Shown: positions 23,561 to 37,484, counted from the first letter of the stretch. The stretch: DNA of 64,000 bases from Methylotenera sp. (GCA_013140755.1 JABFSF010000143.1:3308-67307); one strand, 5' to 3'. Numbers and translations are program-made. Notes: generated from the letters alone by a model not told the origin.

Positions 23561-25651
23561 TTATTTTTTGTTAATAATGGCATCAGCCACATTTCTTGGT
23601 GCTTCTGTGTAATGCTTGAATTCCATGCTGTAGCTTGCACGACCTTGTGAGAGCGAACGCACCACGGTTGAATAACCAAACATTTCAGCTAAAGGCACTT
23701 CAGCGCGAATAATTTTCCCAGAAGCACTGTCATCCATACCTTGAATCATACCGCGACGTGATGACAAGTCACCCATTACATCACCCATATAATCTTCTGG
23801 CGTTTCAACTTCCACAGCCATCATAGGCTCTAACAAGACAGGATCCGCCTTACGCATACCGTCTTTAAAGCCAATTGAAGCAGCCATTTTAAAGGCATTT
23901 TCATTAGAGTCAACATCGTGATATGAACCATCAAACAACGTCACCTTCACATCAACAACAGGAAAGCCAGCCAAAATACCTGATGGAATGGTTTCGCGTA
24001 AGCCTTTCTCAACCGCAGGGATGAATTCACGTGGAACAGTACCGCCTTTAATTTGATCAATAAATTCAAAGCCTTTACCAGCCTCATTTGGCTCCATTTT
24101 CAACCACACATGACCATATTGACCTTTACCACCAGATTGCTTAACAAACTTACCTTCAACCTCAACAGATTTCTTGATTGCTTCACGGTAAGCCACTTGT
24201 GGTGCGCCTACGTTAGCTTCAACGTTAAACTCACGCTTCATACGATCCACTAAAATCTCAAGATGCAACTCACCCATACCAGAGATAATGGTTTGATTCG
24301 TTTCCTCATCCGTTTTAACACGGAATGAAGGATCTTCTTGCGCCAAGCGATTCAAGGCAATACCCATCTTCTCTTGGTCAGCCTTGGTTTTTGGCTCAAC
24401 TGCCACGTGAATCACTGGCTCAGGGAATATCATGCGCTCCAAGATGATCTCGGTATTCAATGCACACAACGTATCACCAGTAGTTGCCTCTTTCAAACCA
24501 ACCGCAGCAGCAATATCGCCTGCACGCACCTCATCAATCGGCTCACGCGTATTTGCGTGCATTTGCACGATACGACCGATACGCTCTTTTTTACCTTTGA
24601 TTGGGTTGTAAACGGTGTCCCCTGCATTCACCACGCCTGAATATACGCGGAAGAAAATCAACTGACCAACAAACGGATCTGTCATGATTTTGAAGGCCAA
24701 TGCTGAGAATTTCTCTTCATCAGACGCCTTCAGACGAATCTCATTACCGTCACCGTCTTCAGCTTTCGTATCAGGAATATCAGTAGGCGCAGGCATTAAC
24801 TCAATCACCTTATCCAACATCGCTTGCACGCCTTTGTTTTTAAAAGCTGAACCGCACATCATCGGCACGATTTCAGAAGCAATTGTACGCGTACGCAAAC
24901 CCAAGAGAATATCAGCCTCTGACAACTCACCTTCCTCAAGGTATTTATTCATCAACTCTTCATTAGCTTCAGCCGCCGCTTCCACCATATTTGAACGCCA
25001 TTTATCACAATCAGCTTGTAAATCAGCAGGAATATCACGGTAATCGAATTTCATCCCTTGAGATGCCTCATCCCAATAGATTGCCTTCATTTTAATTAAA
25101 TCAACAACGCCTTCAAATTTCTCTTCCGCACCGATTGGCACTTGTAGAGGAACTGGGTTTGCTTTAAGACGTGCACGCATTTGATCGTACACTTTGAAGA
25201 AGTTAGCACCAGCGCGGTCCATTTTATTCACGAACGCTAAACGCGGCACTTTGTATTTATTTGCTTGACGCCAAACAGTTTCTGATTGAGGCTGCACACC
25301 ACCTACCGCACAATACACCATACATGCGCCATCTAGCACGCGCATAGAACGTTCTACTTCAATAGTAAAGTCAACGTGACCTGGGGTATCAATAATATTG
25401 ATACGATGCTGATCAAACTGACCAGCCATCCCCTTCCAAAAACAGGTTGTCGCAGCAGAAGTAATAGTAATACCGCGCTCTTGCTCTTGCTCCATCCAAT
25501 CCATCGTTGCGGCACCATCATGCACCTCGCCGATTTTATGGTTCACGCCTGTATAAAATAAAATACGCTCCGTCGTTGTTGTTTTACCTGCATCAATGTG
25601 CGCAGAAATACCAATGTTACGATAGCGGTTAATGGGGGTTTGACGAGCCAC
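23561..25651 (-). CDS. fusA: Elongation factor G (GTG start)
   Basis: [22 protein letters not shown]; 696 aa. Confidence 0.99.
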   Translation of the reverse strand: MARQTPINRYRNIGISAHIDAGKTTTTERILFYTGVNHKIGEVHDGAATMDWMEQEQERGITITSAATTCFWKGMAGQFDQHRINIIDTPGHVDFTIEVERSMRVLDGACMVYCAVGGVQPQSETVWRQANKYKVPRLAFVNKMDRAGANFFKVYDQMRARLKANPVPLQVPIGAEEKFEGVVDLIKMKAIYWDEASQGMKFDYRDIPADLQADCDKWRSNMVEAAAEANEELMNKYLEEGELSEADILLGLRTRTIASEIVPMMCGSAFKNKGVQAMLDKVIELMPAPTDIPDTKAEDGDGNEIRLKASDEEKFSALAFKIMTDPFVGQLIFFRVYSGVVNAGDTVYNPIKGKKERIGRIVQMHANTREPIDEVRAGDIAAAVGLKEATTGDTLCALNTEIILERMIFPEPVIHVAVEPKTKADQEKMGIALNRLAQEDPSFRVKTDEETNQTIISGMGELHLEILVDRMKREFNVEANVGAPQVAYREAIKKSVEVEGKFVKQSGGKGQYGHVWLKMEPNEAGKGFEFIDQIKGGTVPREFIPAVEKGLRETIPSGILAGFPVVDVKVTLFDGSYHDVDSNENAFKMAASIGFKDGMRKADPVLLEPMMAVEVETPEDYMGDVMGDLSSRRGMIQGMDDSASGKIIRAEVPLAEMFGYSTVVRSLSQGRASYSMEFKHYTEAPRNVADAIINKK

Positions 25652-25731
25652 GGTTATTACCTTTACTTAATATTCTTAAAGAACAGTTTAATTTTATGTT
25701 ATTGAAACTTTGCATCAACATTACATCAAAA

Positions 25732-25768
25732 TAACGAAAAAGTGATTGGCAACACCTGCCAATCACTT
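25732..25768 (-). terminator. Intrinsic-terminator-like hairpin between rpsG and fusA
   Basis: AAGTGATTGGCA-GGTGT-TGCCAATCACTT then TTCGTTATTTT on minus strand. Confidence 0.6.
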
Positions 25769-25774
25769 AATCCA

Positions 25775-26245
25775 CTAGAAACGGAAATGCGAGAACGCTT
25801 TATTTGCTTCCGCCATGCGGTGAACTTCTTCACGTTTTTTCATCGCAGAACCACGACCCTCAGAAGCCTCAATCAACTCAGCCGCTAAACGCAAGCCCAT
25901 TGATTTCTCACCACGCTTACGCGCCGCATCACGCATCCAACGCATTGCCAAAGCACTACGACGACTCGGGCGCACCTCCACTGGCACTTGGTAGTTTGCA
26001 CCACCAACGCGACGACTTTTCACCTCAACCAAAGGACGCAAGTTCTGTAATGCAAGCGTAAACACCTCTAGCGCATCTTTACTTGTTTTAGTTACAATTT
26101 GATCAAATGCACCGTACAAAATACGCTCTGCAACTGACTTCTTACCGCCCGTCATCAATACATTGACGAACTTTGACACCTCTGTGCTACCAAATTTAGG
26201 ATCTGGCAAAATATTACGCTTGGGCACTTCTCTACGTCTTGGCAT
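25775..26245 (-). CDS. rpsG: 30S ribosomal protein S7
   Basis: [10 protein letters not shown]...[15 protein letters not shown]...[10 protein letters not shown]. Confidence 0.99.
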   Translation of the reverse strand: MPRRREVPKRNILPDPKFGSTEVSKFVNVLMTGGKKSVAERILYGAFDQIVTKTSKDALEVFTLALQNLRPLVEVKSRRVGGANYQVPVEVRPSRRSALAMRWMRDAARKRGEKSMGLRLAAELIEASEGRGSAMKKREEVHRMAEANKAFSHFRF

Positions 26246-26334
26246 ACTCTTCTCACTTCTCTTTTATCAATTGTGTTTTGCCAGCAACTACGATGGCAGG
26301 GCATTTGGTTAGCCGCTTAATTTAATGCGCTAAA

Positions 26335-26721
26335 TTATTTTGCTTTAGCTTCTTTAGGACGTTTAGCACCGTATTTAGAACGCGATTGCTTACGATCTTT
26401 AACACCTGCCGTATCCAAACTACCACGCACCATATGGTAACGCACACCTGGCAAGTCTTTTACACGACCACCGCGTAGCAATACCACGCTATGCTCTTGT
26501 AAATTATGACCTTCACCGCCGATATAGCTAATGACTTCATAGCCATTAGTCAAACGTACTTTTGCAACTTTACGCAAAGCCGAGTTAGGCTTTTTAGGTG
26601 TTGTCGTATAAACACGTGTACATACACCACGCTTTTGCGGACAAGCTTCAAGTGCTGGCACTTTACTTTTTGTGACCACTTTAACGCGTGGTTTACGTAC
26701 TAACTGATTGATGGTTGGCAT
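26335..26721 (-). CDS. rpsL: 30S ribosomal protein S12
   Basis: [10 protein letters not shown]...[11 protein letters not shown]...RVKDLPG. Confidence 0.99.
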   Translation of the reverse strand: MPTINQLVRKPRVKVVTKSKVPALEACPQKRGVCTRVYTTTPKKPNSALRKVAKVRLTNGYEVISYIGGEGHNLQEHSVVLLRGGRVKDLPGVRYHMVRGSLDTAGVKDRKQSRSKYGAKRPKEAKAK

Positions 26722-26823
26722 TGCCGATAACCTCTAATTTAAATAAATACTTTTAATACACTACAAAATAAACCAAGATGGTGAAAGCACTAAAGGCAAT
26801 AACACCATCCTGAAAAACTCAGC

Positions 26824-26852
26824 ATTCTATTTAGCCAGACTTTTATTGTCAA
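26824..26852 (-). promoter_or_regulatory. Sigma70 promoter of str operon
   Basis: TTGACA (26852-26847)-N17-TAGAAT (26829-26824). Confidence 0.8.
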
Positions 26853-26869
26853 GATATAAATGCTTGATT

Positions 26870-29800
26870 TTATTCTGTTGCAGCCTCACTCCCTACTTCA
26901 TTTACTACATTTCCTTCTAACACTTCAGCTTCCAATGTAAGCTCAGTCACAATCTCTTCAGCTTGCGAGGTGTGACTGGGCACACCTCCTGCAACCGCAG
27001 CACGCTTACGCGCCTCGTGGTAAGCCAAGCCTGTACCTGCAGGAATTAGGCGACCAACAATCACATTTTCTTTCAAACCACGCAAATCATCACGTTTACC
27101 TAAGATTGCTGCTTCTGTCAGTACACGCGTTGTTTCTTGGAATGACGCGGCTGAGATGAACGAATCCGTTGAGAGTGATGCTTTAGTAATACCAAGCAAT
27201 ACGTACTCAAATTGTGCAGGGCGTTTATCTTGCGCAATGACAGCTTCATTTTCAGCTAACAAATCAGCACGCTCCACTTGCTCACCTAAGATAAAGCTTG
27301 TTTCACCTGGATCTGTCACACGTACGCGACGTAACATCTGACGCACAATCACTTCAATGTGCTTGTCGTTAATTTTAACGCCTTGTAAGCGATACACGTC
27401 TTGCACCTCGTCAATGATATAACGCGCTAAAGCTTCGCGGCCTTGCAGGCGTAAAATGTCTTGTGGGTCAGCTGGACCGTCCACAATCGTTTCACCTTTA
27501 GTCACCACTTGACCATCATGCGCAGTTACGTGCTTGTCTTTAGGAATCAAGAATTCACTAGTGATGCCATCTAAATCAGTAATCACCAAACGTTGCTTAC
27601 CTTTAGTATCTTTACCGAATGACACCGTACCCGTCACTTCTGCCAACATACCTGCATCTTTAGGTGAGCGGGCTTCAAACAACTCTGCCACGCGTGGTAG
27701 ACCCCCAGTAATATCACGGGTTTTAGATGACTCTTGTGGAATACGCGCAAGCACTTCACCCACACCGACTTCTTGACCATCTTTCACGGTAATAATGCAA
27801 CCCAATTGGAATGTGGTATTTACTGACTGCTCGCTACCAGCCATCTTCACTTCAACGCCATTGCTATCCAACAATTTAACTTGCGGACGCAAGCCTTTGG
27901 TTTGACCAGCACGTTGTTTAGGATCAATCACTACCAAAGATGACAAACCCGTCACATCATCGATTTGTTTTGCAACAGTAATACCTTCTTCAACGTTTTC
28001 AAATTTAATTTGACCCGCGTATTCAGTAATAATTGGGCGCGTATGTGGATCCCAAGTGGCGATAGCTTGACCTGCTTTGACTGGTTTACCATCAGTAATT
28101 TGCAATGTCGCGCCATAAGGCACTTTATGACGCTCACGCTCACGACCACTTTCATCGGCAACAATCACTTCACCATTACGTGAAATCACCACTTGCTCAC
28201 CCCGAACATTCGTTACGTAACGCATTGTGGAGGTGAAGTTCAACACACCGTTAGACTTACTTTCAACCTGTGATACAGAAGCTGCGCGAGATGCCGCACC
28301 ACCAATATGGAACGTACGCATAGTCAATTGTGTACCTGGCTCACCGATAGATTGCGCCGCAATCACACCTACAGCCTCACCCATGCTAATGAGCTTGCCA
28401 CGACCTAAGTCACGACCATAACATTTAGCACAGATACCATAGCGCGTATCACAAGTAAGCGCAGTACGCACTTTCACTTCATCAATGCCCAGTGCATCAA
28501 TATGCTCAACTTCATCTTCCGTGAGCAAGGTTCCCGCTGGGTAAATCACTTCTTGCGTTTCTGGATTCACAACATCTAGCGCAGCCGTACGGCCTAAAAT
28601 ACGGTCGTGCAAAGGCTCAATCACTTCACCGCCTTTAACCAAAGCTTTAGTGACTAAACCATCAGTTGTGCCGCAATCATGCTCAGTCACCACTAAATCT
28701 TGCGTCACATCAACTAGACGACGTGTTAAGTAACCTGAGTTCGCTGTTTTTAACGCAGTATCTGCCAAGCCCTTACGTGCACCGTGGGTTGAAATAAAGT
28801 ATTGCAATACGTTTAAGCCATCACGGAAGTTCGCCTTAATGGGCGTCTCAATAATAGAGCCATCTGGTTTTGCCATCAAGCCACGCATACCAGCCAATTG
28901 ACGAATTTGCGCTGCAGAACCACGCGCACCAGAGTCTGCCATCATGTAAATCGCATTGAAAGACTCTTGACGTAGCACTTTACCTGCACTGTCTTTCATT
29001 GGCTTGCCATCAACATCTAAAACATCTTCTTCTTTAAGTTGCTTCATCATGGCATCAGCCACTTTATCACTGGCACGACCCCAAATATCCACCACTTTAT
29101 TGTAACGCTCACCTTGCGTTACCAAGCCTGAAACGTATTGATCTTCAATTTCTTTCACTTCAGATTCTGCTGAAGCAATCAACGCACCTTTTTCTTGAGG
29201 CACTAACATATCGTTAATGCTGATAGAAATGCCTGCTTTAGTTGCGTAAGAGTAACCCGCATCTTTGAGTTTATCCGCAAAAATCACGGTTTCACGAATG
29301 CCTACTTTGCGGAAAGAAGCATTGATAAGTTTTGAGATTTCTTTCTTTTTCAGAGCCTTATCTAGATTACTGTAAGCTAAACCCGCTGGTAGAATTTGTG
29401 ATAATAATGCACGACCCACCGTCGTTTCATAACGATTTGTTTTTTCAGTTTTAACACCATCCAAGTCAAACTCATACTCTTTGATGCGAACAGTAACTCT
29501 CGCATGTAAATCAATCAAGCCTTGATCATACACACGTTGCACCTCTTTCACATCGGCAAAACGCATACCTGTACCACGAGCATTCACTTTTTCACGCGTC
29601 ATATAGTACAAGCCCAACACGATATCTTGTGAAGGCACGATGATAGGTTCACCGTTTGCAGGTGATAACACGTTATTAGAAGCCAACATCAAAGTACGTG
29701 CTTCCATTTGCGCTTCTAAGCTCAATGGTACATGAACCGCCATTTGGTCACCGTCAAAGTCGGCGTTGAATGCCGCACAAACGAGCGGATGCAATTGAAT

Positions 29801-31138
29801 CGCTTTACCTTCAATTAGAATAGGCTCAAATGCTTGAATACCTAAACGGTGCAATGTTGGCGCACGGTTTAATAGCACTGGATGTTCACGAATAACATCC
29901 TCGAGAATATCCCAAACTTCTGGTCCTTCTTCTTCAACTTTTTTCTTCGCAGCTTTAATCGTTGTCGCTAGACCCAATACTTCCAATTTATGGAAAATGA
30001 ATGGTTTGAATAATTCCAAAGCCATTTTCTTAGGCAAACCACATTGGTGCAATTTCAATTGTGGGCCAACCACAATTACTGAACGACCTGAGTAATCCAC
30101 ACGCTTACCGAGCAAGTTTTGACGGAAACGACCGCCTTTACCCTTAATCATGTCAGCCAATGATTTCAACGGACGCTTGTTTGCACCCGTCATCACTTTA
30201 CCGCGACGACCGTTGTCTAATAATGAGTCTACCGCTTCTTGCAACATACGTTTTTCGTTACGTACGATGATTTCTGGTGCTTTCAACTCTAACAAGCGTT
30301 TTAAACGGTTGTTACGGTTAATCACACGACGATACAAGTCGTTCAAATCAGACGTTGCAAAACGACCACCGTCCAATGGTACCAATGGGCGCAACTCAGG
30401 TGGCAATACTGGTAAGATTTCAAGAATCATCCACTCTGGTTTGATGCCAGATTTTTGGAACGCTTCTAATACTTTTAAGCGTTTAGCGATTTTCTTGATT
30501 TTAGCTTCAGAGCCCGTTGCGCCTAAGTCTTGACGCAATGTTGTGATTTCACGCTCTATGTCCATTGTACGCAATAGCTCACGCACCGCCTCAGCACCCA
30601 TCACAGCATTAAATTCATCACCGTACTCTTCTACTTTTGCCAAGTAGTCATCTTCAGTCAATAACTGACCGCGTGTAAGTGGCGTCATACCAGGATCAAC
30701 CACGATGAATGCTTCAAAGTACAATACGCGCTCGATGTCACGCAACGCAATATCCAGCACCATACCCAAACGGCTTGGAAGTGATTTGAGGAACCAGATG
30801 TGTGCAACTGGTGAAGCCAAGTCAATATGACCCATACGTTCACGACGCACTTTTGATAACGTCACTTCAACGCCACATTTTTCGCAGATAACGCCGCGAT
30901 GTTTTAAACGCTTGTATTTACCGCATAAGCATTCATAATCTTTGATAGGGCCAAAGATTTTTGCGCAAAACAAACCATCACGTTCTGGTTTAAAAGTACG
31001 ATAGTTAATGGTTTCTGGCTTTTTCACTTCGCCATATGACCATGCACGGATTTTTTCAGGTGAAGCCAAAGCAATCTTAATTGCATCAAATTCTTCTTCT
31101 TGCGTTACCTGTTTAAATAAGTCTAATAGAGCTTTCAT
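26870..31138 (-). CDS. rpoC: RNA polymerase beta' subunit
   Basis: [10 protein letters not shown] catalytic motif; N-terminal zinc-binding cysteines; 1422 aa. Confidence 0.99.
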   Translation of the reverse strand: MKALLDLFKQVTQEEEFDAIKIALASPEKIRAWSYGEVKKPETINYRTFKPERDGLFCAKIFGPIKDYECLCGKYKRLKHRGVICEKCGVEVTLSKVRRERMGHIDLASPVAHIWFLKSLPSRLGMVLDIALRDIERVLYFEAFIVVDPGMTPLTRGQLLTEDDYLAKVEEYGDEFNAVMGAEAVRELLRTMDIEREITTLRQDLGATGSEAKIKKIAKRLKVLEAFQKSGIKPEWMILEILPVLPPELRPLVPLDGGRFATSDLNDLYRRVINRNNRLKRLLELKAPEIIVRNEKRMLQEAVDSLLDNGRRGKVMTGANKRPLKSLADMIKGKGGRFRQNLLGKRVDYSGRSVIVVGPQLKLHQCGLPKKMALELFKPFIFHKLEVLGLATTIKAAKKKVEEEGPEVWDILEDVIREHPVLLNRAPTLHRLGIQAFEPILIEGKAIQLHPLVCAAFNADFDGDQMAVHVPLSLEAQMEARTLMLASNNVLSPANGEPIIVPSQDIVLGLYYMTREKVNARGTGMRFADVKEVQRVYDQGLIDLHARVTVRIKEYEFDLDGVKTEKTNRYETTVGRALLSQILPAGLAYSNLDKALKKKEISKLINASFRKVGIRETVIFADKLKDAGYSYATKAGISISINDMLVPQEKGALIASAESEVKEIEDQYVSGLVTQGERYNKVVDIWGRASDKVADAMMKQLKEEDVLDVDGKPMKDSAGKVLRQESFNAIYMMADSGARGSAAQIRQLAGMRGLMAKPDGSIIETPIKANFRDGLNVLQYFISTHGARKGLADTALKTANSGYLTRRLVDVTQDLVVTEHDCGTTDGLVTKALVKGGEVIEPLHDRILGRTAALDVVNPETQEVIYPAGTLLTEDEVEHIDALGIDEVKVRTALTCDTRYGICAKCYGRDLGRGKLISMGEAVGVIAAQSIGEPGTQLTMRTFHIGGAASRAASVSQVESKSNGVLNFTSTMRYVTNVRGEQVVISRNGEVIVADESGRERERHKVPYGATLQITDGKPVKAGQAIATWDPHTRPIITEYAGQIKFENVEEGITVAKQIDDVTGLSSLVVIDPKQRAGQTKGLRPQVKLLDSNGVEVKMAGSEQSVNTTFQLGCIITVKDGQEVGVGEVLARIPQESSKTRDITGGLPRVAELFEARSPKDAGMLAEVTGTVSFGKDTKGKQRLVITDLDGITSEFLIPKDKHVTAHDGQVVTKGETIVDGPADPQDILRLQGREALARYIIDEVQDVYRLQGVKINDKHIEVIVRQMLRRVRVTDPGETSFILGEQVERADLLAENEAVIAQDKRPAQFEYVLLGITKASLSTDSFISAASFQETTRVLTEAAILGKRDDLRGLKENVIVGRLIPAGTGLAYHEARKRAAVAGGVPSHTSQAEEIVTELTLEAEVLEGNVVNEVGSEAATE

Positions 31139-31154
31139 GTGAATTCTCTCCTAA

Positions 31155-34100
31155 TTAGTTGCGGTCTAGGTCAATGTCAATGGCAAGTGAGCGAATTTCT
31201 TTCACTAACACGTTAAATGACTCAGGCATCCCTGCATCAATTTTGTGCTCACCTTTAACAATGTTTTCATACACTTTGGTACGGCCAGTCACGTCATCAG
31301 ACTTCACTGTCAGCATTTCCTGCAAGGTGTATGAAGCCCCATAAGCTTCAAGTGCCCAAACCTCCATCTCACCAAAACGCTGACCACCAAATTGCGCTTT
31401 ACCGCCCAATGGCTGTTGTGTCACGAGTGAGTAAGGACCTGTTGAACGTGCGTGCATCTTGTCGTCCACCAAATGGTGTAATTTCAAGAAGTGCATGTAA
31501 CCTACAGTGACTGGACGCTCAAATGCATCACCTGTACGACCATCAAACAAGGTTACTTGTGTTTTACCTGCGTGGAATTGCAATTGTTTTGTACGCGCAT
31601 CATCATCGGGGAAGGCCAAATCTAACATCGCTTTAATATCTGATTCAGCCGCACCATCAAACACAGGTGTTGCAAAAGGTACACCATTGGTAAGGTTGTG
31701 TGCTAAATCTAAAATCTCAGCATCCGTAAATGACTTGATGTCTTCCTTCTTGCCTGTGCTGTCATTGTAAATTTTTTCTAAGAACTTACGAAGTTCAGCA
31801 ACCTTAACCTCTTGGCGTAACATTTCCTCAATGCGCAAACCTAGCCCTTTGGCAGCCCAACCCAAGTGAACTTCTAAAATCTGGCCGATATTCATCCGTG
31901 AAGGCACACCTAGTGGATTTAACACGATATCCATTGGTGTACCATCCGCCATGTGTGGCATATCTTCTACTGGACAGATTTTTGAAATCACACCTTTGTT
32001 ACCGTGACGACCCGCCATTTTGTCACCTGGCTGAATACGACGCTTAACAGCCAAGTAAACTTTCACCATTTTTTGAACCCCTGGCGGTAATTCATCGCCC
32101 TGAGTTAGTTTACGTTTTTTCTCTTCATAGCGGTTATCAAACTCAACACGCGCTTGTGATAAACCATCTTTCAACTGCTCTACTTGAAGCGCAGTTTCTT
32201 CATCTGACAAGCGAATATCAAACCAATCGTAACGACCCACAGAATCTAAATACTCAGCAGACAGTGTTTCGCCTTTTTTCAGCTTATTAGGACCACCTGT
32301 CGCCACTTTACCCTCAATCAAGCGGCGAATACGACCAAACGCATCATTTTCTACAATGCGCATTTGATCTGATAAATCTTGCTTGTAGTGTGCCAACTGA
32401 TCATCAATAATTTGCTGCGCACGCACATCGCGCTCAATACCTTCACGCGTAAATACTTGCACATCAATCACGGTGCCGCTCATGCCTGATGGTACGCGTA
32501 ATGAAGTGTCTTTGACATCAGAAGCTTTTTCACCAAAAATCGCACGAAGCAACTTTTCTTCAGGCGTCAGTTGCGTTTCACCTTTGGGTGTCACTTTACC
32601 AACCAAGACATCACCCGCTTCAACTTCAGCACCGATGTGAATAATGCCCACCTCGTCTAAACGACCCAACATGCGCTCGCTTAAATTTGAAATATCTTGG
32701 GTAATTTCTTCTGGCCCTAACTTTGTATCACGTGCAACAACGGACAACTCTTCAATATGAATAGAAGTGTAACGATCATCTGCCACCACGCGCTCAGAAA
32801 TCAATACCGAGTCTTCGTAGTTATAACCGTTCCATGGCATAAAGCCAATCAACATATTCTGACCAAGTGCCAATTCACCCATATCAGTAGATGCACCATC
32901 AGCAATCACATCTCCACGAGACAGCATATCGCCAATTTTTACTAATGGACGTTGGTTGATGTTCGTGTTTTGATTTGAACGGGTATATTTAGTGAGGTTG
33001 TAAATATCTACACCCACTTCACCCGCTTTAGCCTCTTCGTCATTGACACGTACAACAATACGGCCCGCATCCACGTAATCCACCACCCCTCCACGACGCG
33101 CAATTACCACCGTGCCTGAGTCAACAGCTACAGTGCGCTCGATACCAGTACCCACAACAGGCTTCTCAGCGCGCAAGCAAGGTACCGCTTGACGCTGCAT
33201 GTTTGCGCCCATCAACGCACGGTTCGCATCATCATGCTCCAAAAATGGAATCAATGAGGCTGCTACAGAAACAATTTGACCAGGTGCCACGTCCATATAT
33301 TGAACACGGTCTGGCTGTGTCATGGTAAATTCATTGTGATAACGTGAAGAGATAAGGTCTTCAAGAAACACATTTTTACCGTCTAAATCCGTGTTCGCTT
33401 GCGCAATCATGTATTGACTCTCTTCAATGGCTGAAAGATAGTCAATCGTGTCAGACACTTTATTGCCAGCTACACGACGGTAAGGTGTTTCTAAGAACCC
33501 ATATTCATTAGTACGCGCATAAAGTGCCAATGAGTTAATCAAACCAATGTTTGGACCTTCAGGTGTTTCAATTGGGCATACACGACCGTAATGCGTTGAG
33601 TGAACGTCACGCACTTCAAAACCTGCACGTTCGCGTGTCAAGCCACCAGGGCCCAATGCTGAAATACGGCGTTTATGCGTAATTTCAGAAAGTGGGTTGG
33701 TTTGGTCCATAAATTGTGACAATTGGCTTGATCCAAAAAACTCACGAATGGCACTAGACACTGGTTTTGCATTAATCAAATCGTGCGGCATTAAATTGTC
33801 AGATTCCGCTTGTGACAGACGCTCCTTAACGGCGCGCTCCACGCGCACTAAACCTGTACGGAATTGATTTTCTGCCAACTCGCCCACTGAACGAATACGA
33901 CGATTACCTAAGTGATCAATATCATCGATTTCGCCACGACCATTGCGCAACTCAAGCAATACCGCAATCACCGCTAGAATATCGTCATTGGAGAGAATGT
34001 TAGCACCCTCATCACCATGCGCACCAACTGTCTCATAAAAACGCTTAATCCATTCAGATTGGCGCTCTTCTGCTTTGGTTGGAAATACACGACGGTTAAA

Positions 34101-35327
34101 CTTCATGCGTCCTACGCGTGATAAGTCGTAACGCTCTTCGCTAAAAAACAAGCCCTGAAACAATGCTTCTACAGCATCTTCCGTTGGCGGCTCACCTGGG
34201 CGCATCATACGGTAGATTGCAACACGCGCACTGTATTGATCAGGCACTTCATCTATGCGTAAAGTTTGTGAAATATAGTCGCCATGATCCAAATCATTGA
34301 AATAAAGTGTGTTAATCGTGCTGACGTTGGCATCTACTAACTTCTCTAGCAATGACTCCGTAATTTCATCATTCGCATTCGCAACTACTTCGCCTGTTTC
34401 TGTATCAACAATCGTACTTGCCAATGCGCGACCAAGAATAAAGTCTTGTGGCACGACAATTTCGCTCACGCCAGCTTTTTCCATATCACGGATATGTTTT
34501 ACAGTAATACGTTTATCTTTAGCAACAATGACTGTGCCATCTTTAGACGCAATATCAAACTTCGCCACTTCACCGCGTAAACGCTCGGGTACGATGGCAA
34601 ATTCCACACCATTTTTACTGATATGGAAAGTATCAAAGTCGCAGAAGGTTGAAATGATTTGCTCTGGCGTAAAACCTAATGCTTTCAACAAAATAGTGAC
34701 GGGCATCTTACGACGGCGGTCAATACGGAAGTAGAGGTAATCTTTAGGGTCAAACTCAAAATCCAACCATGAACCACGGTAGGGAATGATGCGTGCTGAA
34801 AACAGCAACTTACCTGAACTATGGGTTTTACCACGATCATGCTCAAAAAATACGCCTGGACTACGGTGCAATTGAGAAACAATCACACGCTCAGTGCCGT
34901 TAATCACAAACGAGCCATTTTCAGTCATCAAAGGCAATTCACCCATATAGACTTCTTGCTCTTTCACTTCTTTAACTGTTGGTTTTGAAGCCTCTTTGTC
35001 CATGATGGTCAAACGCACTTTTACGCGCAATGGCGCAGCGTAAGTTAAACCACGTTGTTGACACTCTTTCACATCAAATGGCTCAGCACCTAATTGATAG
35101 CTCACATAATCCAAACGTGCATTGCCAGAATGGCTCACAATTGGGAATACAGAACTAAATGTTGATTGCAAACCATCTTCTGTGCGTTTATCCGCAGGAA
35201 TATCCGCTTGCAAAAATGCTTTATATGACTCTAATTGCATCGCAAGCAAGTAAGGAATTTCTTGCACACTTTCGCGCTTGGCGAAGCTTTTACGAAGGCG
35301 TTTTTTTTCGGTAAAGGAATAGCTCAT
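31155..35327 (-). CDS. rpoB: RNA polymerase beta subunit
   Basis: [45 protein letters not shown]; 1390 aa. Confidence 0.99.
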   Translation of the reverse strand: MSYSFTEKKRLRKSFAKRESVQEIPYLLAMQLESYKAFLQADIPADKRTEDGLQSTFSSVFPIVSHSGNARLDYVSYQLGAEPFDVKECQQRGLTYAAPLRVKVRLTIMDKEASKPTVKEVKEQEVYMGELPLMTENGSFVINGTERVIVSQLHRSPGVFFEHDRGKTHSSGKLLFSARIIPYRGSWLDFEFDPKDYLYFRIDRRRKMPVTILLKALGFTPEQIISTFCDFDTFHISKNGVEFAIVPERLRGEVAKFDIASKDGTVIVAKDKRITVKHIRDMEKAGVSEIVVPQDFILGRALASTIVDTETGEVVANANDEITESLLEKLVDANVSTINTLYFNDLDHGDYISQTLRIDEVPDQYSARVAIYRMMRPGEPPTEDAVEALFQGLFFSEERYDLSRVGRMKFNRRVFPTKAEERQSEWIKRFYETVGAHGDEGANILSNDDILAVIAVLLELRNGRGEIDDIDHLGNRRIRSVGELAENQFRTGLVRVERAVKERLSQAESDNLMPHDLINAKPVSSAIREFFGSSQLSQFMDQTNPLSEITHKRRISALGPGGLTRERAGFEVRDVHSTHYGRVCPIETPEGPNIGLINSLALYARTNEYGFLETPYRRVAGNKVSDTIDYLSAIEESQYMIAQANTDLDGKNVFLEDLISSRYHNEFTMTQPDRVQYMDVAPGQIVSVAASLIPFLEHDDANRALMGANMQRQAVPCLRAEKPVVGTGIERTVAVDSGTVVIARRGGVVDYVDAGRIVVRVNDEEAKAGEVGVDIYNLTKYTRSNQNTNINQRPLVKIGDMLSRGDVIADGASTDMGELALGQNMLIGFMPWNGYNYEDSVLISERVVADDRYTSIHIEELSVVARDTKLGPEEITQDISNLSERMLGRLDEVGIIHIGAEVEAGDVLVGKVTPKGETQLTPEEKLLRAIFGEKASDVKDTSLRVPSGMSGTVIDVQVFTREGIERDVRAQQIIDDQLAHYKQDLSDQMRIVENDAFGRIRRLIEGKVATGGPNKLKKGETLSAEYLDSVGRYDWFDIRLSDEETALQVEQLKDGLSQARVEFDNRYEEKKRKLTQGDELPPGVQKMVKVYLAVKRRIQPGDKMAGRHGNKGVISKICPVEDMPHMADGTPMDIVLNPLGVPSRMNIGQILEVHLGWAAKGLGLRIEEMLRQEVKVAELRKFLEKIYNDSTGKKEDIKSFTDAEILDLAHNLTNGVPFATPVFDGAAESDIKAMLDLAFPDDDARTKQLQFHAGKTQVTLFDGRTGDAFERPVTVGYMHFLKLHHLVDDKMHARSTGPYSLVTQQPLGGKAQFGGQRFGEMEVWALEAYGASYTLQEMLTVKSDDVTGRTKVYENIVKGEHKIDAGMPESFNVLVKEIRSLAIDIDLDRN

Positions 35328-35491
35328 TGCATCTCCTAATGTTTGAGGGCAGAAATTAAAATACTTTTTTGCACTACATCCACTACATAAGTATTTTCAC
35401 CTCTAACCTCAGTTAAGTTTTAACTGAAATCTTGTGGTCACAAATTGCCAAATTGCGCAATTACATTTTGTTACATACTGCTCCATTACAA

Positions 35492-35529
35492 ATGCATTAG
35501 GCTGACGGTCTCCCGTCAGCCTAATGCAT
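35492..35529 (-). terminator. rplL-rpoB attenuator-like hairpin
   Basis: Perfect 17-bp stem ATGCATTAGGCTGACGG/CCGTCAGCCTAATGCAT with GAGA loop on minus strand and a short U tail. Confidence 0.6.
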
Positions 35530-35544
35530 ACATTTAGCAATGTA

Positions 35545-35919
35545 TTATTTGATTTCGCCAGTTGCACCAGCTTCAATCAATTTTTTCAACGCCGCATCAG
35601 CGTCTGCTTTTGAAACACCTTCTTTAACAGCTTTAGGTGCACCATCTACTAAGTCTTTAGCTTCTTTTAAGCCTAAACCAGTTAATTCACGCACTGCTTT
35701 AATTACACCAACTTTTTGTTCACCTGCATTGGTCAGAATCACTGTAAACTCAGTTTGCTCAGCAGCAGCAGCTGGAGCACCAGCAGCACCGCCAGCAGCA
35801 ACAGCAACCGCTGCAGCTGATACGCCAAATTTTTCTTCGATTTCTTTAATCAATGCGGTTAGTTCCAACACTGTCATTGAACCAACGGCTTCTAAAATAT
35901 CTGCATTTGAAATTGCCAT
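35545..35919 (-). CDS. rplL: 50S ribosomal protein L7/L12
   Basis: MTVLEL...[10 protein letters not shown]...[14 protein letters not shown]. Confidence 0.99.
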   Translation of the reverse strand: MAISNADILEAVGSMTVLELTALIKEIEEKFGVSAAAVAVAAGGAAGAPAAAAEQTEFTVILTNAGEQKVGVIKAVRELTGLGLKEAKDLVDGAPKAVKEGVSKADADAALKKLIEAGATGEIK

Positions 35920-35972
35920 TTTATATATTCCCTAAATAAATTAAATTACTTCAATTAGCTATCTTTGATTAA

Positions 35973-36464
35973 TTAAGCTGCTTCTTTAGCATCGCGTACT
36001 GCCGCAATAGCACGTGCAAACTTGGTTGGAACCTCGTTAAGCGTACGCGCAAATTTCGCAAGCAATTCTTCACGACTCAAGGTAGAAGCCAAGGCTTGAA
36101 CACCTGCAACATCCATCACTTGATTTGGCATTGCACCTGCTTTGATAACGATTTTATCGTTTGTCTTAGCAAAGTTGTTCAACACCTTAGCTGCAGAAAC
36201 CGCATCTTCTGAAATACCAAACACCAATGGACCAACCATCGCGTCAGCCAAAGCTGCAAATGGTGTACCCTCAACAGCACGACGCACTAATGTGTTTTTC
36301 AACACACGTAGGTAAACACCTGATTTACGCGCTTCAGCACGTAAAACGGTCATGTCGGCCACACCAATGCCACGATACTCAGCCAATACGATTGCTTGTG
36401 CATTTGCAACTTGTGCGCTAACTTCAGCAACGACTGCTTTTTTCTCTGTAAGATTTAGACTCAA
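35973..36464 (-). CDS. rplJ: 50S ribosomal protein L10 (TTG start)
   Basis: EKKAVVAEV...EYRG...LRVLKNTL. Confidence 0.99.
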   Translation of the reverse strand: MSLNLTEKKAVVAEVSAQVANAQAIVLAEYRGIGVADMTVLRAEARKSGVYLRVLKNTLVRRAVEGTPFAALADAMVGPLVFGISEDAVSAAKVLNNFAKTNDKIVIKAGAMPNQVMDVAGVQALASTLSREELLAKFARTLNEVPTKFARAIAAVRDAKEAA

Positions 36465-36559
36465 GGTCTTTCTCCTTCCGTTAAAATCTCCACCTTACTG
36501 CTAAGGCGGAATCAGCTTTTACAACTTTCATCATAAAAACCACCTTTATACGGCGACCT

Positions 36560-36700
36560 TTCATCAGGAATTTTCCTGTTTATGGATGCGCCATCTGCGT
36601 AGGATTTAGCACTAAAAAGACAGAGGATTGAAGTTTAAAATCTCTTCATCACCCATCCAACACTGCTTACATTAAGCCTCGCGGCACCTACGGTCTTTGA
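36560..36700 (-). promoter_or_regulatory. L10 leader (L10(L12)4-binding autoregulatory RNA)
   Basis: Minus strand AAGACCGUAGGUG...CUUAAU...CCUACGCAGAUGG, the characteristic L10-leader signature upstream of rplJ. Confidence 0.8.
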
Positions 36701-36796
36701 TAACTTCAATCAAAAAGCTGAAACAACCATTTAATTGAACCCAAAGCCCTTTGCGAGTAAGCCCACTCAGTGCGCTTACTCATCACTCATACTTGA

Positions 36797-37483
36797 TCAA
36801 GCAAGCAAACTTGCTTGATCAAGACGTACGCCAGCACCCATGGTACTAGATACTGATAATTTCTTTAAATACACACCCTTGCTTGAAGCTGGTTTGGCTT
36901 TATTTAAAGCCTCTACCAACGCAGCCAAGTTACCTTGCAACTGCTCAACCGTGAACGATGCACGACCGATAGTGCAGTGAATAATACCGCCTTTGTCTGT
37001 ACGATATTGCACTTGACCCGCTTTTGCATTTTTAACCGCAGTTGCCGCATCTGGCGTTACAGTACCCACTTTAGGATTTGGCATCAAACCACGAGGACCT
37101 AGCACCTGACCCAAAGCACCCACAATACGCATCGCATCTGGCGTTGCAATGACCACATCAAAATCCATTTGACCCGCTTTAACTTGTTCAGCTAAATCTT
37201 CAAAGCCAACAATGTCCGCCCCTGCGGCCTTAGCTGCTTCAGCCTGTGCGCCTTGTGCAAACACCGCTACACGCGTTGTTTTACCTGTACCGTTTGGTAA
37301 CACCAATGCACCACGTACCAATTGATCTGATTTACGGGCATCAATCCCCAAGTTTACAACTACATCAATTGATTCATTAAATTTCGCTGTAGCATTGTCT
37401 TTAACCAAGCTCAAACCTTCGGTCACTGGATACAATTTGTTGCGATCCACTTTTGCGCGTAGCGCATTTATACGTTTAGCCAT
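36797..37483 (-). CDS. rplA: 50S ribosomal protein L1
   Basis: [12 protein letters not shown]...LPNGTGK...[14 protein letters not shown]; start corrected to ATG 37483. Confidence 0.99.
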   Translation of the reverse strand: MAKRINALRAKVDRNKLYPVTEGLSLVKDNATAKFNESIDVVVNLGIDARKSDQLVRGALVLPNGTGKTTRVAVFAQGAQAEAAKAAGADIVGFEDLAEQVKAGQMDFDVVIATPDAMRIVGALGQVLGPRGLMPNPKVGTVTPDAATAVKNAKAGQVQYRTDKGGIIHCTIGRASFTVEQLQGNLAALVEALNKAKPASSKGVYLKKLSVSSTMGAGVRLDQASLLA

Positions 37484-37484
37484 G

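Noticed and set aside
26455-26600. Possible streptomycin-resistance changes in S12
   Set aside because: TPKKPNS and RVKDLPG lysines are intact
33660-33730. Possible rifampicin-resistance changes in RpoB cluster I
   Set aside because: [25 protein letters not shown] retains the key D, H and S residues
35453-35464. 12-mer TTGCGCAATTAC shared between the rpoB upstream region and the spc palindrome (17163-17174)
   Set aside because: A single 12-mer recurrence among several kb of AT-rich spacers is plausible by chance; no third site found
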